From Candidatus Latescibacterota bacterium (GTDB lineage: Bacteria > Latescibacterota > UBA2968 > GCA-2709665), in the NCBI GenBank assembly GCA_965222075.1, contig OZ244937.1, positions 4,768,001 to 4,832,000 on the forward strand: 64,000 bases of DNA, read 5' to 3'. The position numbers and the translations under genes are program-made. The notes beneath the pieces were generated by a model. The model saw nothing but the letters and a program-made list of their open reading frames with translations. It did no database searches and was not told where the DNA came from. Shown one piece after another: positions 49,850 to 59,672 of the stretch (position 1 is the stretch's first letter; every line of letters begins with the position of its first letter).

Positions 49850-50233
49850 TCACGGGCGGGGGGCAAGATAGAGGACGATTTTGTCGCCTTCCAGGAAGAC
49901 GGGATACGTTCTGACCCGGAGGGTTTCGTCGCACAACGCACGTCCCGTTTTGATGTCGAATTCCCACTGGTGCCAGGGACATTTGAGGATCTCGCCTTCC
50001 TGCTGGTGGTCAACCCGGTAGACATCAGATGCGACCACAAGGGGGCGGAGCCTGCCGCGGCAGAGGGGGCCTCCCTTGTGGGGACAGAGGTTTCGGAGGG
50101 CGTGGAAGTTTCCGTTGATGTTGAAGATACCGATTCCCCGGCGGGCGATCTCGACGATTTTCCGCTGGCCAGGGGGCAGGTCGGCGGCATCTGCAACGAC
50201 GTATCGAGTCTTTCCACCAAGGTCAGAGTCCAT
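49850..50233 (-). CDS. Rieske [2Fe-2S] ferredoxin
   Basis: CPHKGGPL and CPWHQWEFD. Confidence 0.92.
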   Translation of the reverse strand: MDSDLGGKTRYVVADAADLPPGQRKIVEIARRGIGIFNINGNFHALRNLCPHKGGPLCRGRLRPLVVASDVYRVDHQQEGEILKCPWHQWEFDIKTGRALCDETLRVRTYPVFLEGDKIVLYLAPRP

Positions 50234-51350
50234 AGAGTTCCGTGGCATTTCCGGCCATCACCCGGCGCCGAAGGGGTTCGTCGAATCCGGTGAGAAGCGT
50301 GGCGGGTTCGTCCCAGTCCCAGTGGGGGTAGTCGCTGGCGTAGATCAGGACTTCATCGGCGTGCAGCCATGCCAAGAAGGTCTCAAGGTCGGCGGCCGTT
50401 GGGGGCTGAAGCATGGGCTGGGTTCCAAAACGGATGTGCTGGCGGAGATAGTCGCTGGGCAGGCGCTTGACCCAGGGGGTGTAGTCTCGCAGGGCCTTCC
50501 AGTCGGCATCCATATGCCACATCAGGCCGGGTACCCAGAAGATGTCCTGCTCAATGAAAAAGAACCGGAAGTTGGGGAACTTTTCGAACACCCCTTCGCA
50601 GATGAGGCTGACCACGTGTGCCATGGCGACCTGGGGCCGGGCCATTCGCATCTCCAGGTAGTAAGAGGGATATCCGGCTGCGGTGGGGGGACCTGCGACG
50701 CCGGCGCCCTCGCTGCCGAAGTGGACACAGACGGGCAGCCCCTGGCGTTCGCAGGCGGCGTAGATGGGGTGGTAGAAGCGGTTGCCAAAGGGAAGACGCG
50801 CCCCGGCAGGCATTAGAACCTGGACAAATTCGGAGCGGGGACCGAGGCGGTCGATTTCATTGACAGCCTGCTCGGGGTCTGTGGGTGCAATATGAATGGA
50901 TGCCCGAAAACGGGAATCGGCCGAGACCCAGGTTTCCAGGGTCCAGTCGTTAAATGCCCGGCAGTAGGCCGCCGCGTAGTCGCAGTTGGGGTGAACGGCT
51001 GCCGCGTAGGGGCCGCCGGTGAGGACGGCGATGTCGATATCGTAGGCGTCCAGGTGTTTTTGACGGGCCACGTCGACAACCGTGGCAGGGTTCACATCGG
51101 AATCGGTCCAGAGGTCGTGGCGGCTCCCCTTCCCGGGCATATTGGTATACCCAATTTGAGGCATCATGCTGTCGAAGTCCTGGATGTATTCAACGTAATG
51201 CCTGGGAAGGTAGGGGAAGAGGGCTTTGGGGCCGGGCAGTAAGTGGTGCACATCGCAGTCGATCAGGTGGATCGGTTTTGCCGTTTCCCGGGCAGAGGAC
51301 GGCTGCAGCCTGCGGGTGGGTTCTGCGATTTTGTTCACAGGGGTTGACAT
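50223..51350 (-). CDS. Amidohydrolase_2 family metalloenzyme
   Basis: IDCDVH, NDW, VH, IE, TQP, SDYPHWD. Confidence 0.9.
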   Translation of the reverse strand: MSTPVNKIAEPTRRLQPSSARETAKPIHLIDCDVHHLLPGPKALFPYLPRHYVEYIQDFDSMMPQIGYTNMPGKGSRHDLWTDSDVNPATVVDVARQKHLDAYDIDIAVLTGGPYAAAVHPNCDYAAAYCRAFNDWTLETWVSADSRFRASIHIAPTDPEQAVNEIDRLGPRSEFVQVLMPAGARLPFGNRFYHPIYAACERQGLPVCVHFGSEGAGVAGPPTAAGYPSYYLEMRMARPQVAMAHVVSLICEGVFEKFPNFRFFFIEQDIFWVPGLMWHMDADWKALRDYTPWVKRLPSDYLRQHIRFGTQPMLQPPTAADLETFLAWLHADEVLIYASDYPHWDWDEPATLLTGFDEPLRRRVMAGNATELYGL

Positions 51351-51441
51351 AGGGACCTCCGGGAGAAGGTTTTGGAAGTTCGTTGTGCAGGTTCCTCTTC
51401 AGTTCCCAAACCGTGCGCTTGAAAAGCCCTTCTGGTGAATA

Positions 51442-52503
51442 TCAGCGTGCAGGCGCACGCCATACGACCACCTCATCTTTCTCCACGTTCCATTTCGTTC
51501 CCAGCGGCGTCGAAAGTCCTCCGACGGTGTGGACGATCTGTTGCCCCTCCGCACTTTCCAGCGACACGATTCGGGGTTGCCCCACCTCGTTTCTCCAGAC
51601 AGGCGCAAAGGAGACTTTTGTCAACGCCTTTTCCCGCACGGCGCAGTGGACCAGCAGTCCGTCCCGCTGGAAAGCGGCCATCCGTTCCCATCCAAAGATG
51701 AAGTTTCCCAGGCTGTAGAAGATCGCCCGCCCGTTGTAGATCTCCATCCCCTGCGGCACGTGCGGGTGGTGGCCGATGACCAGGTCTGCCCCGGCGTCGA
51801 TGGCAGCGTGTCCGATTGCCGTCTGGTAGGCGACCAGTTTCTGGCTGCCCGAGACGCCCCAGTGGCAGGAGACCACGAGGATGTCCACGCGTTCTCGAAG
51901 CGCCACCACATCCTCCTGCATTTTTTTCAGTTCATCCTCGTCGGGCCAGGAGACGACAATCGCCGGAGCGCCGGGCATCTCCAGCACGCGGTGGTGGGGG
52001 CGATAGGCGGTATGCCCCTTAATCGTTGCCACGCCCGGCTGTGCCGGTCCGGCCGCGTGCCCGACAGGCCAGAATACGGATGTATAGGCCAGGAATCCGA
52101 ACCGCGTCCCCCTTTTTGTTAGCACGACCGGCTGCCGGGCCGCCTCCCGGTTCTCACCGGCCCCGGTATGGGCGATGCCGTGCCGGTCCAGGTGTGAGAG
52201 CGATTCCAGGATGGCCTCGGTGCCGTAGTGGACGTTGTTGGCGCATCCTACCGCATCGAATCCCGCGGCGGCCAGCCCCTCGACGGTTTCGCGGTTGGGA
52301 TGAAACCAGCCCTGTTTGTAGGGGATCTCCACGGCCGGATCTGAAAAACAGCCCTCACAGTTGCCGAATAGCAGGTCGGCCGCGTCGAAAGTTTCCTGCA
52401 CATGCGCAAAGGGCGCATTCGGGTCCGTGACATTTCTCAGATTGACATCGCCCACCAGGATGATGGAGCGCGCGTCGCCGTTCAGACCGATCCATCGGGC
52501 CAT
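51442..52503 (-). CDS. CapA / PGA_cap family metallophosphoesterase-fold protein
   Basis: GDV, NCEG, ANNVH, HWG, GHHPHV, YSLGNF. Confidence 0.9.
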   Translation of the reverse strand: MARWIGLNGDARSIILVGDVNLRNVTDPNAPFAHVQETFDAADLLFGNCEGCFSDPAVEIPYKQGWFHPNRETVEGLAAAGFDAVGCANNVHYGTEAILESLSHLDRHGIAHTGAGENREAARQPVVLTKRGTRFGFLAYTSVFWPVGHAAGPAQPGVATIKGHTAYRPHHRVLEMPGAPAIVVSWPDEDELKKMQEDVVALRERVDILVVSCHWGVSGSQKLVAYQTAIGHAAIDAGADLVIGHHPHVPQGMEIYNGRAIFYSLGNFIFGWERMAAFQRDGLLVHCAVREKALTKVSFAPVWRNEVGQPRIVSLESAEGQQIVHTVGGLSTPLGTKWNVEKDEVVVWRAPAR

Positions 52504-52556
52504 TGCTGCCTCCTGAGCGTTTTTGGGTAAGCAAACAGGTCGACAGGCCATGAAGA

Positions 52557-52610
52557 CTCACACGGAGGCACAGAGAACACAAAGAAAAAGATCTTGGTGC
52601 TTTGTGTGAG
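52557..52610. repeat. Degenerate CACAGAG-type intergenic inverted repeat
   Basis: CTCACACGGAGGCACAGAGAACACAAAG ... GTGCTTTGTGTGAG. Confidence 0.5.
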
Positions 52611-52947
52611 AATTAGGGGGGGTGCTGCAAAATATAAGCGTCCCATTCCCGTGTCAATGCCAATCTGGTCCGGTCCTGCCGGATTGTTCGGGGTAGGGGA
52701 GATTCTGCTTGACAGATGAATGCTTTAAGGGATAATTATGAGAGCGTGCGCCGATTCAGGCCCGGATTGGATGCTTAGAAGCTGCGGACATGGGGCGCGT
52801 GGGCGGGTGAGGTTCGGCGAATTGGGGACATCGGCGATTTTGAGGGCTGGAACAGAGATGCAGAGAAATACGCCGCCGCTTTTGAAGGGCTGCTGGAGGG
52901 TTTGGGGGTGGCGGAGGCCGCCCCAGAGGGTGAGAAAGGAGTTTGTT

Positions 52948-53481
52948 TTGAGGTTTGCTCGTGCGTACGTGCAATTTGTGAACCGGTTGAACGAAATAAT
53001 CGGTTTTGGGGTATCATGGGTGACCACGCTGCTGGTGCTTGTGGTTTGTTATGATGTGTTTACACGCTATTTGCTCAAAAACAGTGTCGTGGCCGTGCAG
53101 GAACTGGAATGGCATCTGTTTGCCGTTATTTTTTTGATCGGCGCGGCCTATACCTTAAAACAGGACGGGCATGTGCGGGTGGACGTGTTCTATACGCGGT
53201 TTTCCCCCAAGACCAGGGCCTGGGTCGATTTTACCGGAAGCCTTATTTTATTGATCCCTTTCTGCCTGGTTGCTGTGTGGAGTTCGAAAACGTTTGTTGT
53301 CAACGCCTATATGATCGGTGAAACTTCGCCGGATCCGGGCGGGCTGCCGGCGCGGTTCGTGCTGAAGGCGGTGATTCCGATCGGGTTTTTTCTGCTGATT
53401 TTACAGGGGTTCTCGCTGGCGCTTCAATCGCTGTTTGAGGTTGTGGGTATGGAAGGCGACGACGGGGAGGCCGGCGCATGA
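52948..53481 (+). CDS. dctQ: TRAP transporter small permease
   Basis: ELEWHLF, GHVRVD, SPDPGGLP; TTG start after AAGGAG. Confidence 0.9.
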   Translation: MRFARAYVQFVNRLNEIIGFGVSWVTTLLVLVVCYDVFTRYLLKNSVVAVQELEWHLFAVIFLIGAAYTLKQDGHVRVDVFYTRFSPKTRAWVDFTGSLILLIPFCLVAVWSSKTFVVNAYMIGETSPDPGGLPARFVLKAVIPIGFFLLILQGFSLALQSLFEVVGMEGDDGEAGA

Positions 53482-54797
53482 TTGAGGCGATGCCCCTGAT
53501 TCTTTTTGCGGTGCTATTCATCCTGCTGTTGGCCGGGTATCCCGTGGCGTTTACGCTGGGCGGCGTGTCGTTCATTTTGGGGTATTTGACCTTTGGTATG
53601 CATTTTTTTAACCTGCTCCCCTTGAGAATATGGGGGGTGATGACCAATTATGTGCTGATTGCCGTGCCGCTGTTTGTCTATATGGGGGTGATGCTGGAGA
53701 AATCGGGTCTGGCGGAGGAGCTGTTAGAGACGATGGCGCTGCTGTTTGGACGGCTGCGCGGCGGGCTGGCGATTTCGGTGGTGGTGGTGGGCGCGATGCT
53801 GGGGGCTTCAACGGGCATCGTAGGGGCCACGGTGGTGACGATGGGGCTGTTGAGTCTGCCTACGATGCTGAAGCGGGGCTACCGTCCGGAGTTGTCAACC
53901 GGGACAATTTCGGCGTCTGGGACGCTGGGGCAGATCATTCCCCCCAGCATCGTGCTGGTGCTGCTGGGCAGTATTCTCAACGTTTCGATCGGCGATATGT
54001 TTATGGGGGCGGTGATTCCAGGGTTTGCGCTGGTCCTTCTGTACCTGATCTGGATCGTGGTGATCGCAATGACCAAACCGGATTGGGCGCCGACCATGCC
54101 CAAAGAAGAGTTAGATCGGTTCAGGGGCCGGGCGATGGTAAGACGGGTGCTGCAGGCGTTTGTCCTGCCTTTTCTTCTGATTTTTGCGGTGCTGGGGTCT
54201 ATTTTTGCCGGGATTGCCTCGCCGACCGAGGCCGCCGCTGTGGGGGCTTTAGGCGCTACGGTGTTGACGATTGTTCAGGGGAAGTTTTCCTATGAGACGT
54301 TAAAATCGGTTATGGCCGGAACCACCCACCTGACCTGTATGGTGTTCATCATCTTAGTGGGCGCCACGTCGTTTGGGCTGGTGTTTCGGGGGATGCGGGG
54401 GGACGACTACCTCACCCGGCTCATCCTGGACGCGAATATGGGGCCCAATACCTTTCTGGCCCTGGTGATGGTGATTATTTTTATTGCCGGATTTTTCATC
54501 GATTTTATCGAGATTACGTTTATTATCGTGCCGGTTGTGGCGCCGATTTTCGTTACGTTCGGCGTGGACCTGCTGTGGCTGGGCATTCTGATTGCGATGA
54601 ATCTGCAAACGTCATTTCTGACGCCGCCGTTCGGGTTTTCCCTTTTCTACCTCAAAGGGGTTGCCCCTCCCGAAATCCGAACCGGTCAGATCTACCGGGG
54701 AATTGTTCCTTTTATTGTGATTCAACTGGTCGGGCTGGGGCTGGTGATTTGCTTCCCGGAGATGGCGACTTGGCTGCCGCAATACCTGACGAGATAA
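53478..54797 (+). CDS. dctM: TRAP transporter large permease
   Basis: GTLGQIIPPS, PTEAAA, TPPFG. Confidence 0.95.
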   Translation: MIEAMPLILFAVLFILLLAGYPVAFTLGGVSFILGYLTFGMHFFNLLPLRIWGVMTNYVLIAVPLFVYMGVMLEKSGLAEELLETMALLFGRLRGGLAISVVVVGAMLGASTGIVGATVVTMGLLSLPTMLKRGYRPELSTGTISASGTLGQIIPPSIVLVLLGSILNVSIGDMFMGAVIPGFALVLLYLIWIVVIAMTKPDWAPTMPKEELDRFRGRAMVRRVLQAFVLPFLLIFAVLGSIFAGIASPTEAAAVGALGATVLTIVQGKFSYETLKSVMAGTTHLTCMVFIILVGATSFGLVFRGMRGDDYLTRLILDANMGPNTFLALVMVIIFIAGFFIDFIEITFIIVPVVAPIFVTFGVDLLWLGILIAMNLQTSFLTPPFGFSLFYLKGVAPPEIRTGQIYRGIVPFIVIQLVGLGLVICFPEMATWLPQYLTR

Positions 54798-54816
54798 GCA
54801 ACCACCGATAGCTACA

Positions 54817-54851
54817 GAAAAAGCCCCGGGTTTTGCCCAGGGCTTTTTTTA
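54817..54851. terminator. Bidirectional terminator between dctM and dctP
   Basis: AAAAAGCCCCGGG...CCCAGGGCTTTTTTT. Confidence 0.8.
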
Positions 54852-54871
54852 AATGGATGAGGGAGTCGTCC

Positions 54872-55990
54872 CTACAGGCTGATCTTGGCGTAATACACCT
54901 TCTCGGAGACCTGGGACCAACCCGTGACGTTTTTTCGGAAGGCGCTGAAGGACTCGAATACTTTCTTGCTCATCGGGTCGGTTGCCACTACTTCGTCCAC
55001 GACTTCCTGTGAGAATTTCCTCAGAGTTTGCAGCACTTCATCCGGGAACTGCCGGAGCTGGACGTTGTGTTCATTGATCAATTTTTTCATATAGATGTTG
55101 TTTTTGGATTCAAACTCGGAGAGGGTCCACACGTTGGACCGCGCGGCAGCGGTCCGGACAATGGTCCGGAGGTCTTTCGGCAGCTGCTCAAAGGCGTTTT
55201 TGTTGGCGAACAATTCGATGACGGTGCCCGGTTCGTGCCAGCCGGGGTAGTAGTAATATTTGGCGGCTTTGTAAAATCCCATCAGATAATCGTGATAGGG
55301 GCCGACCCACTCGGTTGCGTCGATGACGCCGCGCTCCAGGTTGGTATAGACCTCGCCTCCGGCAGACAGGACGGGCGATCCTCCTGCTTTATCGATCACT
55401 TTGCCGCCCAGGCCGGGGATCCTCATTTTCAGGCCTTTGAGGTCGCCTACGGTGTTGATCTCTTTGTTAAACCAGCCCCCCATCTGGAAGCCGGTGTTGC
55501 CCACCGGCATGGGGACCAGGTTGAAGGGCATGTAGAGTTCCTCCCAGAGCTTAAGCCCGCCTCCGCCCAGGATCCAGGCGTTCATCTGCTGGGCGTTCAT
55601 GCCGAAGGGGACCGCCGCAAAGAATTGGGACGCGGGCACTTTGCCGGCCCAGTAGTAGGAGGCGCTGTGGCACATTTGGGTGACACCCTGGCTTACCGCC
55701 TCGAACCCCTCAAAGGCAGGGATCAGTTCATTCGCGCCGTAGACGTGGATTTTGAGCCGGCCCTCGGACATTTCTTCCACCCATTGGGCCAGCATATCGG
55801 CGCTTTCGCCCAGGATGGGAAAGTGGGGCGGCCAGGTGGTGACCATTTTCCACTCATAGGTCTTGGTTGAACGGACGGACGGGGCTTCCTCCTGTTTGGG
55901 GGATGCGCAGCCAGCCACCAGCGCGGCCCCACCGGCCAGGGTGGCGGCCGAGGCTTTTTTAAGAAAGTCACGCCGTTCGAGCTTGTCCAT
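54872..55990 (-). CDS. dctP: TRAP substrate-binding protein (TakP-like, Tat signal)
   Basis: RRDFLK Tat motif, WKMVTTWP, YYWAGK, KMRIPGLGG, YYYPGWHEP. Confidence 0.93.
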   Translation of the reverse strand: MDKLERRDFLKKASAATLAGGAALVAGCASPKQEEAPSVRSTKTYEWKMVTTWPPHFPILGESADMLAQWVEEMSEGRLKIHVYGANELIPAFEGFEAVSQGVTQMCHSASYYWAGKVPASQFFAAVPFGMNAQQMNAWILGGGGLKLWEELYMPFNLVPMPVGNTGFQMGGWFNKEINTVGDLKGLKMRIPGLGGKVIDKAGGSPVLSAGGEVYTNLERGVIDATEWVGPYHDYLMGFYKAAKYYYYPGWHEPGTVIELFANKNAFEQLPKDLRTIVRTAAARSNVWTLSEFESKNNIYMKKLINEHNVQLRQFPDEVLQTLRKFSQEVVDEVVATDPMSKKVFESFSAFRKNVTGWSQVSEKVYYAKISL

Positions 55991-56406
55991 TGAGATCCTC
56001 CAGGTGGCATTCCCAGGTCCGGTCACTGATCTTCACCCAACAGTTCGTCCACGGCCGCCAGCATCTCCCGGAGCCATATCCCGCATCACAGGGTCATCGT
56101 CAACCCTGGGGCGACCGTCGAATATCCCGTCTGTCAGCTCCGGCGGCGGATTGATTCTCAGAGGCTGTCACACGTTTTGGTCATCCTACCAAATATAATG
56201 TGACTCCGGCTTTCGTGCAAGAAAAAGGCCACAGGGTCGCTCCTCCTGGGGATCGGTCGCTGGGCGCAGCTGCGCATGTTGAATTTTCTATTGTTGGTCA
56301 AAATCTGTTTGACAAACAGCGGTTTGAGTTTCCGCTTGAACCATGCCCGCGATTGTATTATTATGGATGCGTTGGTTCAACCCGTCTGCGGTTAGAGGGA
56401 GGGCGT

Positions 56407-56703
56407 ATGGGAACTGTAAAAAGAGCGGATCTGGCACGTATTCTTTCCAGCGAGTTGGGCTGCAGCAAGACACTGGCCCGGCCTGCCGTGGATACGGCGT
56501 TTGAGGCCTTGATCGGCGCCATCAGCCGGGGGAACCGGGTTGAGATTCGGGGGTTTGGGGCCTGGACCGTTAAGGAGACGAACGCACGGCCGGACGCCCG
56601 TAATCCCAAGACAGGGGAACGGGTCTTTGTGCCTGCGCGGCGGAAGGTGGCTTTCAAACCCGGCAAAATTCTCAAGGAGGCGCTTTCAAGATCATCGCCA
56701 TAA
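56407..56703 (+). CDS. HU/IHF family DNA-binding protein (second paralog)
   Basis: RVEIRGFG, ARNPKTG, FKPGK; GGAGG RBS before MGTVK. Confidence 0.92.
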   Translation: MGTVKRADLARILSSELGCSKTLARPAVDTAFEALIGAISRGNRVEIRGFGAWTVKETNARPDARNPKTGERVFVPARRKVAFKPGKILKEALSRSSP

Positions 56704-56853
56704 CCGGCTCAGGGAAAGGTACAACCGTCTGCCTGCGGCCAAGTATCTGGGCGCTCAACGCACGTTGATCAAACCCTTCTTTACCAGGGAGGAAATGCTG
56801 GGGGTGGTGTAGGAGGGTTTGGATCAGGGTTGAAAGAAAAGGGGAGATAGTGT

Positions 56854-57096
56854 ATGGCGGATTTTGCCGAACGAAAAGTTGGCGCGTTAATGGTTCGTAT
56901 CGATCGGATGACGTGTGCGGCCTTCAAAGATTGCATCGGACTGGCCCCCGAGGCGTTCGAGCTTGGCGAGGACGACATTGTGGCGTTCAAGCATCCCGAA
57001 CAGATAGACCGGGAGAGGCTGATCGAGGCCTGCGCCATCTGCCCTGTCAATGCGCTTATTGTTCTGGACGAGAATGGAAATCAGATTGTACCGTAA
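56854..57096 (+). CDS. Single-cluster ferredoxin
   Basis: IDRMTCAAFKDC...APEAF...ACAICPVNAL. Confidence 0.85.
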   Translation: MADFAERKVGALMVRIDRMTCAAFKDCIGLAPEAFELGEDDIVAFKHPEQIDRERLIEACAICPVNALIVLDENGNQIVP

Positions 57097-57105
57097 AGCA
57101 CAGCG

Positions 57106-57154
57106 GGCAAAGCATATAGCGTTCCTGTTTTTGGCGCTATACGCTTTGCCTTTT
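57106..57154 (+). terminator. Terminator between ferredoxin and NIPSNAP
   Basis: GGCAAAGCATATAGCG/CGCTATACGCTTTGCC stem plus T-run. Confidence 0.6.
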
Positions 57155-57221
57155 CTCTTACGTCCAGCGAAGTAGCTGCTGCCCCTCCATTTTGAAATCT
57201 TCCAATCCGCAATATGCATCC

Positions 57222-57539
57222 CTATTGCATCGGTGAGAAGGCGGTGGGGATGAGGACGTGGGAGATAACTTCGTCGACGATGGGGCCGTTGGCCTCGGTT
57301 TTGTCCCGGGCTGCGATCCAGTCGGGGTCGGCGCGAAAGGCGTCCCAGGCCTTTTCCATGGCCTCCTCGCTTTCGTATTTGCAGATGTAGACGAGTTCGT
57401 TGACGTCCGTCCGGGTCCAGAAGCCGACGACCTGGATGCTGTGCTTGTCGAAGAGGTTGAAGGTGATCGTTTCAAACCGGTTGAGGATGTCCGGCATCCG
57501 TCCACCGGGGATTCTATAGGTGCGGAGTTCATAGACCAT
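57222..57539 (-). CDS. NIPSNAP family protein
   Basis: YELRTY, VGFW, WDAFRADPDW, LIPTAFSP. Confidence 0.92.
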   Translation of the reverse strand: MVYELRTYRIPGGRMPDILNRFETITFNLFDKHSIQVVGFWTRTDVNELVYICKYESEEAMEKAWDAFRADPDWIAARDKTEANGPIVDEVISHVLIPTAFSPMQ

Positions 57540-57717
57540 TGGGGCCTCCTTTTTGTGACCCGGTTCGAGGTAGGGCGTGGCGGGTCCTTTTTGTCTGAGA
57601 CGTGGGGCCTCTTTATAGTAAACGAAATCCGGGCAGATGAAAAGGCCTGATTTCGGAATCTCGCGGCTGCCCTAACGATCCACGCGTTTGCCTACGTTTA
57701 CGCCCGTCGCCACTATA

Positions 57718-59652
57718 CTACTCCTCACTTCGGACGGCCAATTCGACCGGCCCGTCGAGGCGGCGATTCAACCACAGCCAGAGTTCGTCGTGCCGCGCCG
57801 GTTGGACGAACACGTCACCGTCGCTGGCTGGCTGGCCGTCGAGGGTGCAGAGCGGCTCGGCACCCGCCGGCCAGTTGCGGATCGTGAAACCCGCGGCCCG
57901 GCGGGGGACGGCGCCCGGGTCCAGCTTCACGTTCACGGCACCGCCGTTGGCCGCCACGACATAGCGCCCCGAGGCGCGGTCGAAGCAGCCGTCGAAATCG
58001 ATCGCCTCTCGCGGCTGTTCCAGGGTCGGGTCGTAGGTGACGGTCCGGCCCACGACGGCCTCGACCCCCATTGGGGCCGTCCAGTCGTCCCTCAGGTTCA
58101 GCACCTTCTGCTCGGGGTCGGCTTCGCCGCGGCACCAGCTGACGAGGGTTGAGTAGGCGTATTCGATTCCAGGCGTGGTTGGAGCGATACGGAAGTCGTG
58201 GCTGGCCGTCAGGCCCCGAGGGCACTGCCAGGCGAACAGGCTCGTCGGCAGGTCCGCATCCGCGGGGTAGCGCAGGTCGATCACGGCCAGCAGCCACCAC
58301 CGCGAGCCGCCCAGATCGAAGGGAAAAGCGGCGGCTACGGGAAAGGGCATCGCCTCATGGCGCATCCGCTGCGTATCGCCGGTGGCGGGCAGGGTCCAGG
58401 GCCGAAAGGATCGCTCGCCCGCCAGTGCGACGCGGGCCGGGCCGGCCATGATTCGCCCGAGAAGGTCGAAGTCCGGCCCCACCGAACGTCGCACCCAGGT
58501 CAGGACCTCGTCGGCGATGACGATTCGGTCCGGATAGAAGTTCACCTGGCCGCGAGCCGCGCCCCGGATGTCTCGGGACTGATCGAAGAACTTCGGCATC
58601 GGGCCCTGCCAGGTCACGGTGGTGGCAACAGGCCCCGCAGCCACGACCTGCTGGCGGGCGTCCTGCGTGAATTTCAGCTCCGAGCCGCCGATGTGCCCGA
58701 ACTGGATTCCACTTTCCCAGCAGAGGTTCTGGTCGGGGGCTTCGCTTTCAAGAAGCTGCAGCAAGGACACATTTCCCGGCCTCAGGACCGCACGGTAGGC
58801 GTCACGTTTGATCGTGTGTCTCGGCACAGGCTGTGTGGTGGTCATGGACCACCGGCGCCAGTGGACGCTTCCCGCTGTTGCGAACAGGCCGGCGACCGTG
58901 ACGCCTCCCATGAAACCCTCGTCCGCCTCGAGCACCACGGCGCCGTCGACGCAGACCTGTTGCTTTGATCCATTCAGATTCCAGACCAGTTCGGTCGGTC
59001 TTCGGCTGCCGAGAGCCTGGCCCTCGGCGAGGGTGGCGCACGCCTGCTTCACGGCGGTTCCTCCGGCACGCACCAGTCGCAGCCGCAAGGTATCCGGCCC
59101 TCTACGGCACTCGAGTCGGATGTGGGCGAACGCGTTGTAGTGGCGGGCGATCAGGCCCCAGGAAACGTTTTCGTTCGGCGGGTCGTCGAGCACGTACTGG
59201 GCCCGCATCTCGCCGTGCATCTCGCCCTCGGCGAACAGATAGGCCGCGTCGGAGGCGACGCCCAGGCTCTCTGACCCCGGCTCCCACCGGCCACATGTCT
59301 GCCAGCGCCGCCTGCCTGCGCGGCGCACCGCGCTGCAGGCAGGCGTGAGGCTCAGCTGCTCGGCGCTGACCGATGTCAGGTCGAAGTCGAACAGAGTGCG
59401 CTCGGCGACGTTGAACGACGCCGCGTCGGACCTGCCCGGCTCCCACGTGTATCGATACTGCCCCGCGGGCAGCACGCTGCCGCCCACGAGCGGGCCCATG
59501 AAGTCGCCGTGGTGGGCGTCTACGCGGACGGCGTCCGTCTCTGGAGCCAGTCCGTGGCTGCGCCATACGAGGCGTCCGTCGTCCACCCGCTCGACCTTCA
59601 CGCGGACGGCGGGTCTCTCACCGATCAGCAGCGTTGGATTGCCGTAAGACAT
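57718..59652 (-). CDS. Large hypothetical beta-rich protein (644 aa)
   Basis: Long protein-like ORF starting MSYGNP 21 bp after the SDR stop; no recognised motif. Confidence 0.7.
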   Translation of the reverse strand: MSYGNPTLLIGERPAVRVKVERVDDGRLVWRSHGLAPETDAVRVDAHHGDFMGPLVGGSVLPAGQYRYTWEPGRSDAASFNVAERTLFDFDLTSVSAEQLSLTPACSAVRRAGRRRWQTCGRWEPGSESLGVASDAAYLFAEGEMHGEMRAQYVLDDPPNENVSWGLIARHYNAFAHIRLECRRGPDTLRLRLVRAGGTAVKQACATLAEGQALGSRRPTELVWNLNGSKQQVCVDGAVVLEADEGFMGGVTVAGLFATAGSVHWRRWSMTTTQPVPRHTIKRDAYRAVLRPGNVSLLQLLESEAPDQNLCWESGIQFGHIGGSELKFTQDARQQVVAAGPVATTVTWQGPMPKFFDQSRDIRGAARGQVNFYPDRIVIADEVLTWVRRSVGPDFDLLGRIMAGPARVALAGERSFRPWTLPATGDTQRMRHEAMPFPVAAAFPFDLGGSRWWLLAVIDLRYPADADLPTSLFAWQCPRGLTASHDFRIAPTTPGIEYAYSTLVSWCRGEADPEQKVLNLRDDWTAPMGVEAVVGRTVTYDPTLEQPREAIDFDGCFDRASGRYVVAANGGAVNVKLDPGAVPRRAAGFTIRNWPAGAEPLCTLDGQPASDGDVFVQPARHDELWLWLNRRLDGPVELAVRSEE

Positions 59653-59672
59653 AGGGTCAGCCTGAGGATTGT

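Noticed and set aside
56025-56170. Possible gene remnant on minus (WLREMLAAVDELLGEDQ*)
   Set aside because: Too short and fragmented to support.
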